From Oligoflexia bacterium (lineage in GTDB: Bacteria; Bdellovibrionota; UBA1018): 64,000 nt of DNA. Made by a program: the position numbers and the translations under genes. The notes beneath the pieces were generated by a model, which was not told the origin of the DNA, searched no databases, and worked only from the letters and a program-made list of their open reading frames with translations. How positions within the stretch are numbered: the stretch's first letter is position 1; every line of letters starts with the position of its first letter. Positions 55,792 through 64,000 of the stretch are shown piece after piece. The stretch is from NCBI GenBank assembly GCA_014376785.1, contig JACMQW010000014.1:9640-73639 (forward strand), read 5' to 3'.

Positions 55792-56580
55792 ATGAGTCTT
55801 GCAGAACGTGCCGCCGCCCTCCTGGTGCCAAAACCTTTTCAAGAATTCCTGCCTTATGTTTCGCCGTCCGCACTCCGTGTGGTTCACAAAGATAAAGTTC
55901 TTGGGCTCGCATTGGAAATCGCCGCTCGAACAGTGAAAAGTCCCTCTACCGAAGACTGGAAACCAATCGAACTTGCGTTCAGGGCATCAGGATCGAAAAT
56001 CCGAATCGATTCCCAATCCGGAACGGGATTTAAGTCAATCTCGGAAGGCGACCGGACTCGAGCCGGAGAATTGTTGCTCGAGCTCTACTTCCACTTAATC
56101 CATCAACCGACTCCACTCGAACTTGATTTGAGACCGACTCATTTCAGTTTTCATTCGGTCGAAAAAACGCTTGTGTGGAATCCGAGCCGACTCCGGCACA
56201 TTCGGACACCGGAATTTCAATCACGGGTCATCGATCTTTACCGAGGCTTTTTCTTTGACGACGCGAAAGCCGCTGCCCGCGGGCTTGAACTCTACCGTTG
56301 GGAGACCACACCGAAACCGGGGTACGACGAGCGAATGGAGAAGCTCCTCCGCATCCATTTTGGAGATGCCCGTTCAAAACCTGTTTTGTTCGAAATTTCA
56401 CATTTTAAAGAAACATTTCACCTCATCTTCGAAGAAGCCATCGAGAGCCGTACGCGTTTTCATCCTGAATTGACCTTTCTCGGAACGACTTTAACGGGAC
56501 TCTATATGTCACTTGAGCAACTTGCCGTTCCTCTCGATGTTCGAGCCGCCTACCTGCGTGCAACCGGAGGTCAGTCGTGA
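55792..56580 (+). CDS. Hypothetical protein
   Basis: 262-aa ORF whose stop overlaps the downstream GTG start (GTGA). No motif. Confidence 0.45.
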   Translation: MSLAERAAALLVPKPFQEFLPYVSPSALRVVHKDKVLGLALEIAARTVKSPSTEDWKPIELAFRASGSKIRIDSQSGTGFKSISEGDRTRAGELLLELYFHLIHQPTPLELDLRPTHFSFHSVEKTLVWNPSRLRHIRTPEFQSRVIDLYRGFFFDDAKAAARGLELYRWETTPKPGYDERMEKLLRIHFGDARSKPVLFEISHFKETFHLIFEEAIESRTRFHPELTFLGTTLTGLYMSLEQLAVPLDVRAAYLRATGGQS

Positions 56581-57983
56581 AAATCGCAGTCGCGGGTGCG
56601 AGCGGTTTCATCGGAAGCGAACTCCTCGCGCGCTTCGAAACGGATCCGCGCATTGAAAAAGTCATTGGTTTTTCTCGCTCGAAACGAGAGTCCAAAAGTG
56701 GATCGAAAGTCGAGTGGCGAAAAGTCGATCTAGCCGATTTGGAAGCGGTTCATAGCGCTCTTGGAGAAGTGGATACTGCCGTTTACCTCGTCCACTCCAT
56801 GTCTCCCCAAGCGCGTTTAAGTCAGGGGTCTTTCGAAGATTTCGACCTCCTGCAGGCAGATAATTTCGCGCGTGCCTGCCAGTCTCGAAAAATCATTCGG
56901 ATTTTTTATTTGGGAGGAATTGTTCCTCCGGGGCGAGACGACTCCCCCTCTCTTTCTCTTCACCTAAAAAGCCGGCTCGAAGTCGAGCGAGTTCTCGGTG
57001 CCTATGGGGCGAGTGTGACTGCATTTCGCGCCGGACTCATCCTCGGCGCAGGCGGTTCGTCGAGCGAGATGCTGGTTCGACTGGTCCGTAGACTCCCCAT
57101 CATGCTTGTTCCACTTTGGACGAAGACGGAATCTGAACCTATCGATGTGCATGATGTGAGCGAAGCGATTCACACGACGCTTTTTCGCGACGATCTTCAA
57201 GGCCAAATCTGGGACCTCGCGGGCGCCGAAAAAGTGAGCTATGCAGATCTCATGCAGAGAACAGCAGAAACGCTGGGACTAAAGCGAACGATCATTCCGT
57301 TGCCCGCGATCTCTCCTTCGGTTTCGAAACTTTGGGTCAGCCTGATTAGCGGCGCTCCGAGAACGCTCGTTTATCCCCTGGTAAAGAGCCTGCGGCATTC
57401 GATGCTCTCCGAACCGACTCGGAGGCTTTTGCCGCACATCGGCCTCATTCCGAAGCCACTCACTGAAAGTGTGCGCTCGCTCACGGACGCATGCCTGAAG
57501 AAAGACACCACCCCACGGGTTTATCTCCGACGTCGTGATTTTTTAGGACTCCGGACGGTTCGATCGATCCAAAGGATTTCATCCCTCACGGAAACCCAGC
57601 TTTCAAAACTTGGATCGCTTGCGGAACGCTATTTTTTTTGGCTGCCACACATGCTCTTTGGCATCCTCCGTGTTCAGAAGTTTACGGATGGTGAAATTGT
57701 TCGCATCCGTTTTATGATTCGATTCACGTCGATCATTCTTTTGGAACTTGTCGCCAGGCCCCATCCAGAGCGCGATATCGAAAGATTCGCCATCACAGGT
57801 GGGATGCTCCAGACGAATGGCTCGGGGGGATTTCTCGAATTTCGTGCGGTTCGATCTGAGAACGTCGGCCTATCCATCGTTCAGGATTTTGTTCCCCGAC
57901 TTCCTTGGACCATCTATTTCTGGACTCAGGCAACCATTCATCTCTGGGTCATGAGCCGATTTGCGAAATTTCTCGCTCGTTAA
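56577..57983 (+). CDS. NAD(P)-binding Rossmann (atypical SDR/epimerase-like) protein with a C-terminal DUF2867-like domain
   Basis: KIAVAGASGFIGSELLARF glycine motif. 468 aa, the usual size of the NAD-binding plus DUF2867 architecture. Confidence 0.65.
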   Translation: MKIAVAGASGFIGSELLARFETDPRIEKVIGFSRSKRESKSGSKVEWRKVDLADLEAVHSALGEVDTAVYLVHSMSPQARLSQGSFEDFDLLQADNFARACQSRKIIRIFYLGGIVPPGRDDSPSLSLHLKSRLEVERVLGAYGASVTAFRAGLILGAGGSSSEMLVRLVRRLPIMLVPLWTKTESEPIDVHDVSEAIHTTLFRDDLQGQIWDLAGAEKVSYADLMQRTAETLGLKRTIIPLPAISPSVSKLWVSLISGAPRTLVYPLVKSLRHSMLSEPTRRLLPHIGLIPKPLTESVRSLTDACLKKDTTPRVYLRRRDFLGLRTVRSIQRISSLTETQLSKLGSLAERYFFWLPHMLFGILRVQKFTDGEIVRIRFMIRFTSIILLELVARPHPERDIERFAITGGMLQTNGSGGFLEFRAVRSENVGLSIVQDFVPRLPWTIYFWTQATIHLWVMSRFAKFLAR

Positions 57984-58053
57984 AGTAAGAATTTTCGAAT
58001 CGTTGGTGATGAAACTACTACCGTTCTTAAATTCTGCTTTATAGTGAAGAGAA

Positions 58054-58995
58054 ATGGATTGGAAACCAACGACCGGAAAACTTTTTTCGCTGATTATTTT
58101 TTTCTTGTCGCTCCAGACTGCGCGAGCGAGTGGAATCTGCGATTATTACCGGGAGAGCTCACCCCGTCTTTATGAACTCGTTTGCAGTAACGGGTATTCC
58201 AGTTCCAAACCTGCGGGAGCGAGTTCCACGTTCACGTCTTCATTTAATTTGAACTCTGCTTCGTTACCAACTGAACCAAGCTCCTACGGGCTCGAGTCAC
58301 TCGGCCATGTCTTGCGCGCAAATCACTCCGAAAAGAATGCCACTTTTTCGATCGTAAAAGGCTTCAACAAATTCGGTACAGGGATTTCTACCGGCGGAAA
58401 CAACACCTTTTACGGCGATGATTTGATCAACCGCCAATTCGGACTGCCGGAACTTCAAACCTTCGAACCGGCAGAAACTCCAACGAGCTCTATCCCTAAT
58501 TTAAACATTGGGACCTCACTCGAGCTGCTTCGAGTCACAAAAAATGCTTCGGTGAAACTTGGAATTTCAATTCGTCATAATAGGATCACGTCGAGTTGGG
58601 GCGGAGGGCCCGCACTGGCGTTCGCTTCGCGCTACCTCACCTTTGGCGTGGCTTTTTCCAATGAGCGAGTCTCTGCCGCGATCGATCCGGTGGTCTTCAC
58701 CACTTACCAAGTGAGTGGCCGGCTTTCGATTTTCGAAATCGAATACAATCAACTGAGAAATAACAGCACTTTCAGCTTAGGTCCGATCCAAATCTACACT
58801 CTGACCACGACACTCGGCGGATTTATAATCACTCTCGCCCAGCGGGCACTTCAAACCAACACGGTCAATGGCATGGACACAGTTACCCAGTCGCACATCG
58901 CCGTCCAATACCTCTTCTCTCGACACCTCTCCGCGGGTCTGCTCTACAATTACATTCCGGGCGCGATGACGCTAGGCGCTCAGATCTATCTCTAG
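58054..58995 (+). CDS. Secreted hypothetical protein, possibly outer-membrane
   Basis: Signal peptide ...LSLQTARASG. 313 aa, beta-rich with alternating hydrophobic residues. Confidence 0.45.
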   Translation: MDWKPTTGKLFSLIIFFLSLQTARASGICDYYRESSPRLYELVCSNGYSSSKPAGASSTFTSSFNLNSASLPTEPSSYGLESLGHVLRANHSEKNATFSIVKGFNKFGTGISTGGNNTFYGDDLINRQFGLPELQTFEPAETPTSSIPNLNIGTSLELLRVTKNASVKLGISIRHNRITSSWGGGPALAFASRYLTFGVAFSNERVSAAIDPVVFTTYQVSGRLSIFEIEYNQLRNNSTFSLGPIQIYTLTTTLGGFIITLAQRALQTNTVNGMDTVTQSHIAVQYLFSRHLSAGLLYNYIPGAMTLGAQIYL

Positions 58996-59003
58996 ACATC
59001 ATC

Positions 59004-60290
59004 GTGATTCCAGTTTCCAATCAGCCGATGATTCGATTCGGCTCTACCGGATTTTTTCTTTTAATGGCGGCTTCTGCCTGGGCAAACCGACCTCCTGTTC
59101 GCGAGCACGCGGTACAGGTTACTGAAAATCTTTATCGCCTGAATGGAAATTTTTTAAAAAGTGGAAATCTAGGTGGAGGTTCTGATTTGCCAGATCCTTC
59201 TCCTCCTTTCGTGAATGCTCGCGGAGAAGTAGAGATTTACGGTACCGCCGATCATTTTCTCCGATATGCAAATTGGAAAGAATTTCTGACCGGTGGGGTG
59301 GCAGAATCCGTTCCTCTCTCATTGCGAGATTCCGCCGGAATCAGGATCACAGAGCAAGGGCAAATTCCCTGGGATCTTCGGAAATACCTGTGGCGAACCC
59401 CAGGCCATCCTGATTTGGAAATTCTCGTGGGCGGTTCAATGAGTGCGACTCACGGTCGCAGACTCCCGAAATGGCCAGATGACAACATCACTCGCCGAAT
59501 TTTTATCTTCCGAAAAAATAATTCGGGCGACTGGATTCGTGACCCGGCGCCGATCGTTGGCGATGCGTCCAGCGGATGGATGGGACATTCTTATGGAGGA
59601 AATTTTTTCCAGCTGGGACAGCTCAATCCAGATTTGATTGACACCGGACTGCCGAACCCCGTCTATTTTTTTTACGAGCGAGTCACTGAGAATGCGCAGG
59701 CCCCTAGCAAAACGGAAATTTTCGCTCGAAAACTTTTGCCCGCGAGTGCCCGCGAACTTTTTGGACCAGAAATAAAGATTCTCGGCGTCGGAAAACCGCC
59801 CTTCCCTTCCACACATCGTACGATCGGCGGGTACCTCGTGGAAGGTCCTCGCCCTGTTGAAATGTCTATTCAGGGGAAACTTTTTTTCATCATCGGATTT
59901 AGCAGCGGAGATTTCTGTACCGATAGTTACCGCATGAATTATGCGTGGAGCAAGAATGTGGAAGGGCCGTACCATCCTTCGTTAGACCATAATCAGAAGG
60001 ACCTGATTGATTTCGGATCAGATTTGAAAAGTTCACTTGGACTATCCTGGGTAGGTCGACCGGCAATATTTCTCGGTAAAAATGGCAAGTATGAAGTCCT
60101 CTTCCACGCCGTTTTAAAAAGTATTTTGCCCAACCACGATTACCGGCGGTGGCCAGAACCGGGTGGATATGACCTGGGAGACTTTTTTCGCTCGACCTAC
60201 AAGTCTTCAATTTCGACTCGCTTAAACGAAGATGGCTCTCCGGACATTCAACTGGATTTAGGACGAAAACTCCCGCCGCTTAGGCGATGA
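59004..60290 (+). CDS. Secreted hypothetical protein
   Basis: Signal peptide ...LLMAASAWA. 428 aa. No confident domain. Confidence 0.45.
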   Translation: MIPVSNQPMIRFGSTGFFLLMAASAWANRPPVREHAVQVTENLYRLNGNFLKSGNLGGGSDLPDPSPPFVNARGEVEIYGTADHFLRYANWKEFLTGGVAESVPLSLRDSAGIRITEQGQIPWDLRKYLWRTPGHPDLEILVGGSMSATHGRRLPKWPDDNITRRIFIFRKNNSGDWIRDPAPIVGDASSGWMGHSYGGNFFQLGQLNPDLIDTGLPNPVYFFYERVTENAQAPSKTEIFARKLLPASARELFGPEIKILGVGKPPFPSTHRTIGGYLVEGPRPVEMSIQGKLFFIIGFSSGDFCTDSYRMNYAWSKNVEGPYHPSLDHNQKDLIDFGSDLKSSLGLSWVGRPAIFLGKNGKYEVLFHAVLKSILPNHDYRRWPEPGGYDLGDFFRSTYKSSISTRLNEDGSPDIQLDLGRKLPPLRR

Positions 60291-62037
60291 TCGCATTCAC
60301 AGCGCCGTAATCCGTAATCTGTTGGAGAGGAATCGGGGTGCCGAAAATTTTCAGAATCGTGGGAAAGATGGCTTTCGTGCTGCAATACCGGCCCCCTTCG
60401 GCAAGCGGTTTGGGCATCCCATTCGAAAAATCGATCGGGAGAGGCTGAAGGTATCCATAGCCTGCATTTCCCGCATAGCTTGCAAAATCCTTCGGTCCGC
60501 GGTGGATCGCTCCGATAATTTGCCCTCCTCGCACACCCATTCCGGCCATGAGAAGACTGGTGGAATCGGCGTGGTTGGTACCTGCATGAACAACCCGGCC
60601 GAATGGGTCGCCAGGCTGGTGCCACTGCTCACGATCGAGTTCGGTGTGCATGACGAGCAGAGTGGAGTCGAGTAAACTTGCGCCTCCTCCGGTTGCTTTC
60701 TCACTGAGCAGCCTCATGATTTCTCGGTAACCTGCCATGGACCAAGTCATCTGCAGAAGTCCGTTCAGATAAGCCGAATGAGGATCCCCGCCTGCCCAAG
60801 CCGAAAGATCGACTACTGCAGAATGGTCTTCTCGCACTAGAAATGCCGCCTGACCAAAATTAGTGGCAAGTCCCAGGATAGAGTTCGAAAGGTTCGATGA
60901 AGGAATGTTTTGAAGAGATGCAACGAGAGTGGTCCGCTCGGCGGCAAGCTGCCCAGCTAAGGTGGAATCAGAAGGATTCGTGGCAACTTGGCGTTTCAGC
61001 AGTCGGTAGTTTGAAAGGCTGGGTAGTGGGCTCACACTGGAAGCCAAATTATTCAGCTCGGAGTAGAAGTCCACGCCGACTGCGCTTTGTCGTGTGCGTA
61101 AATCTGCGCGACCGAATAGGGCGGCACTCACCGAAGTCATGGTCATCCAGACCCTTTTCACGCAGTAAAGGTATTCAGGATCGGTCGAAAGGTTCGATCC
61201 GGTAATGGTTAGAGCACTAGAAAAAGAGCGCGAATAGGCTTCCGCAATTCCTCGGCTGGACTTGCGTCGAAAAGCACCCGAATAGGCCACTCCTGAAAGC
61301 TTTTCGATCGAAGAGAGAATCGCCGCCCGGCGGCCGGCATCTTGGATGTCGTTTGGATCAGCTTGCGTGAGTCGGGACATCTGAGTCGGGTCCGGAACGC
61401 AGATCGGAACTTGAAATCCTGAGTTCATGGCAGAATTTAGAAAGAGGTCTCCCGGTGCGTTCGCAAGCGCCATGTAATGCAAGGGGCGTACATAATCGTT
61501 TGCTGCGATCGAATCCGCGACCAGGCCGGTATAACTGACCGCATAGGAGGAGTTTGCGCCCATCTGCATCGCAAGGTTACCGATTCCATGCTGTCCCTCT
61601 TGGCGAAGGCCTTTCCAAATCGCAATTCGGGAAAGATCGTTTTGGGAAAAAACTGAAGCCATGCCCATCCCCATGAATTGGCGATTCGCAGAGAAAGGGT
61701 GCATCGAACCCTCACTGTCGCTATGGCGGTAGGTCATCTTGAATGCTTTTCCGAAATTCGCACCTTCAAAACCAATCTGCGAATTCGAAATAACGACGGA
61801 GTCTAGGTACTGACTGAGGTCCTGCAAATCAGAGACGGCGATGGGGTTGTGGTACCAGGAAGAATCCCAGCCACCCCAAATGACGATATTAATCAGGTGG
61901 CGTCGGCGGCGAATGCCTTCTGCTTTCGCGAGTCGGATGAAATCTCCTCCTCCGTGTGCAGCAAGATAAGCGGCTCCGAATCCAACACCTAAATTCCGAA
62001 GAAACGTGCGACGGTCGATGTTTTTTTTGCGGCTCAT
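60280..62037 (-). CDS. Tat-signal DUF1501-family protein
   Basis: Twin-arginine signal DRRTFLRNLGVGFGAA, a HLINIVIWGGWDSS pattern and a C-terminal ...LLMAGMGVRGGQIIG, which resembles the DUF1501 GGG-x-GG motif. 585 aa. Confidence 0.65.
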   Translation of the reverse strand: MSRKKNIDRRTFLRNLGVGFGAAYLAAHGGGDFIRLAKAEGIRRRRHLINIVIWGGWDSSWYHNPIAVSDLQDLSQYLDSVVISNSQIGFEGANFGKAFKMTYRHSDSEGSMHPFSANRQFMGMGMASVFSQNDLSRIAIWKGLRQEGQHGIGNLAMQMGANSSYAVSYTGLVADSIAANDYVRPLHYMALANAPGDLFLNSAMNSGFQVPICVPDPTQMSRLTQADPNDIQDAGRRAAILSSIEKLSGVAYSGAFRRKSSRGIAEAYSRSFSSALTITGSNLSTDPEYLYCVKRVWMTMTSVSAALFGRADLRTRQSAVGVDFYSELNNLASSVSPLPSLSNYRLLKRQVATNPSDSTLAGQLAAERTTLVASLQNIPSSNLSNSILGLATNFGQAAFLVREDHSAVVDLSAWAGGDPHSAYLNGLLQMTWSMAGYREIMRLLSEKATGGGASLLDSTLLVMHTELDREQWHQPGDPFGRVVHAGTNHADSTSLLMAGMGVRGGQIIGAIHRGPKDFASYAGNAGYGYLQPLPIDFSNGMPKPLAEGGRYCSTKAIFPTILKIFGTPIPLQQITDYGAVNAIIA

Positions 62038-62038
62038 A

Positions 62039-63961
62039 TTAATCCCCTGCTGAATAGATCGGAGAGTCGACGATCGTTCGAATCAATCGGTTATAGTTCA
62101 TTCCGTTTTTCTTAAAGTCCGCTACCCACCGCGCGAATTCGGTTTCATCCGTCAGCGCGATTTGGCGTCCGACTACGTTTTCGAAAGTGCGGCGTACGAT
62201 GCACTTCGTGAAAAGGTCGCTGCCTGCCATGGCGGCTGCGACTTGCTCAACGCCGGTCACTTCTTTGCCGACAACGGCGCCTGTGCCCATATTACTCGTC
62301 CAATTTACCCCGATGATTCCGTAACCATTCGAAGTGCGGGTGGAATCCATTTCTCCAAACATGGCCGCGCCTTCGTTTTCCTGCACATAGCGCAAGTAGT
62401 TCGGACTGAGTGCTTGTCCGATCGGATCGAGGTTAACGTGGCAACCATAACAAATTTGCCGATGGTTCAAGTGAGCTTTCGCCGACGCTGAAGCGACGAT
62501 GTTCGCCGCATCCACCATGTATTTTTCATGGAGGGTTGCCTGAGAAGCGTTTGGTTGGAACACGTTGGCTTCTCCGCAGAGCAGGCGAGTGAAATATCGA
62601 GACGCAATCGTCCGCATTTTACTGGCTACCGGAGTGAGAAACGCGGGCATCGCCAGAATTCCTGCGGAAGGCCGCACTCGCATCGGCGCCGGCTTTGTTC
62701 CGTCGGTACTAGAATGCGGCGCGGAGACTAAATTTCCACTGAGAGAAGGCATGGTGTCGAACCGGATCACTTGAGTTGCTGAAGAGGAACTCGTATTCGG
62801 CTGTGCTCCCGGGACATAGAACGGCATGTGTAGACCGTAGCCTCGGTACATGAGGTCTAATTCAGGAGTTCCCACGGTGTAGTTTGCAGTCAAAAGTTGC
62901 GAATAAGGAGCGTCGGTCTCGATGATGTGATTCACCAGCCGGTAGGGTTCTTCACGCAAGCTTTCGTTCAAACGCTTGATAGCGGCCATTTCGGCTACTC
63001 CAGCGCCCCGGTTATCCGCGTTCATCGCGATGTTATTCAGCCCGCTCTGGTCAGGAACCGCCGTATTCAAATAATTTCCTAGCGAAGCATCATAGCCGGG
63101 AGGAAAGGCGACCATATCTCGAGCATAAGCGTCGGTTCGTAAAATCTCGGAGGCGAGCGGATGCCCACAACGCATCTGGTTCAGCTTGATTGGGTTAGCA
63201 ACCGAGTCGACGCGAAGCCAGCTTCCAAACTTCACCCAGCTATCCGTAGGCGACCAGACCGTATCGGCTTCCCACAACCACCCACTCGGACCTCGAGAAT
63301 ATTCTGGCGGTCGATAGGAACAGGCCACCATGAAACGCTCGAATGCATTACAGACGTAAACTTCCTCACCCGTGTACCAGAGTTTAATCGCGCTAAGTCC
63401 TGTCTGCTCGCCACTCGGCGAGAAACGACGAAGTCGCATGTCTTTCAAATCAAAACGTTCACTTCGAAAGAAGTTTCCTACGACCGAACCGTCTCGTAAC
63501 CGGGCATCGACGAAGGAGAGAGCATTCGGAACGGTGAGCGAACCCATTATCTGTGCGATGTCGTTTAAATTTGTCGCAACGAATCCTCCAGCAGAGCCGG
63601 CAACGCGACCGCCGCAGAGGTAATAATCGGGTGCTCCCGGTACCGCGTGAGCGGGATCCGTAACACTCATCAACGTGCATCCTGCGCGAACCGAATCTGC
63701 TTCTCCACCGGCATAAGCGCGGATCATACCGATGTAATCATCTAATTTATCTTTGTGTACAAACGCTCCGAAACTTTCCCAGCGATTAGCCACGTGATTC
63801 AAAAATTCCCAATTCACCATCGTGGTCCGAGGATCGAATGCCTGAATATTTGGCTGTCCGCCAGCAGTTTGAAGATTACAGTTTTGCGCGTGAAAGCCGC
63901 CATCGCTTGATACAGCTATGACTTTTTTACCGTTTAGGTCCGCCGCGTTCCCGATTTCCAC
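62039..63961 (-). CDS. Large hypothetical protein, probable DUF1800-type partner of the DUF1501 gene
   Basis: 640-aa ORF ending 1 bp before the DUF1501 start. The frame stays open to the window edge, so the true start may lie beyond 64000. The family assignment is inferred from the DUF1800/DUF1501 pairing and not from motifs. Confidence 0.4.
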   Translation of the reverse strand: MEIGNAADLNGKKVIAVSSDGGFHAQNCNLQTAGGQPNIQAFDPRTTMVNWEFLNHVANRWESFGAFVHKDKLDDYIGMIRAYAGGEADSVRAGCTLMSVTDPAHAVPGAPDYYLCGGRVAGSAGGFVATNLNDIAQIMGSLTVPNALSFVDARLRDGSVVGNFFRSERFDLKDMRLRRFSPSGEQTGLSAIKLWYTGEEVYVCNAFERFMVACSYRPPEYSRGPSGWLWEADTVWSPTDSWVKFGSWLRVDSVANPIKLNQMRCGHPLASEILRTDAYARDMVAFPPGYDASLGNYLNTAVPDQSGLNNIAMNADNRGAGVAEMAAIKRLNESLREEPYRLVNHIIETDAPYSQLLTANYTVGTPELDLMYRGYGLHMPFYVPGAQPNTSSSSATQVIRFDTMPSLSGNLVSAPHSSTDGTKPAPMRVRPSAGILAMPAFLTPVASKMRTIASRYFTRLLCGEANVFQPNASQATLHEKYMVDAANIVASASAKAHLNHRQICYGCHVNLDPIGQALSPNYLRYVQENEGAAMFGEMDSTRTSNGYGIIGVNWTSNMGTGAVVGKEVTGVEQVAAAMAGSDLFTKCIVRRTFENVVGRQIALTDETEFARWVADFKKNGMNYNRLIRTIVDSPIYSAGD

Positions 63962-64000
63962 CCCTGCAAGCAGAGAATAACTATTGCCACTCGCGCCCCC

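Overview
The window is a dense, mostly housekeeping chromosomal segment (about 50% GC) whose gene content and order suggest a Bdellovibrio-like predatory proteobacterium. That organism call is inference. No rRNA, tRNA, CRISPR array, transposase or integrase was recognised.

Contents from left to right:
(1) A tightly overlapping minus-strand heme-biosynthesis operon, 1-8385: hemN (partial), hemE, an embedded OmpR-type response regulator plus a small two-TM histidine kinase, hemL, hemB, an apparent hemC-hemD fusion, and a short hemA. It is divergent from a TonB-dependent-receptor-like outer-membrane protein.
(2) The conserved rpsB-tsf-pyrH-frr-uppS-cdsA-rseP block with no dxr, followed by tsaB, a DMT permease, pssA, asd, an unusual 744-aa secreted/membrane protein, truA and tig.
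(3) A minus-strand MscS / GluP-type sugar symporter / GH15 glucoamylase-like cluster.
(4) A run of lipoprotein and hypothetical genes, 30.1-35.8 kb, that includes a tandem-repeat lipoprotein and punA.
(5) A complete four-gene ligase-associated DNA damage response operon (MBL exonuclease, ATP-dependent ligase, Lhr-like DEXH helicase, PdeM phosphoesterase), then ppc, recQ, a trypsin-like lipoprotein protease and an Fpg/Nei glycosylase that lacks the C-terminal zinc finger.
(6) An OsmC gene, a DHA2 MFS pump, an SDR fusion protein, a small RRM-type RNA-binding protein with a long leader and a strong terminator, a LysR regulator, DoxX, an NAD-binding/DUF2867 protein, two secreted hypotheticals, and a Tat-signal DUF1501 protein paired with a probable DUF1800 partner at the window edge.

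Non-coding features of note are a near-perfect 30-bp inverted repeat between frr and uppS, a TTGTCA direct repeat in the hemA promoter region, a 14-bp perfect palindrome upstream of the repeat lipoprotein, and clean rho-independent terminators after tsf and the RRM gene.

No complete novel defence or mobile system is evident. The most promising unexplained items are the two-component system embedded inside the heme operon, the 744-aa multi-domain envelope protein, and the lipoprotein / tandem-repeat cluster.
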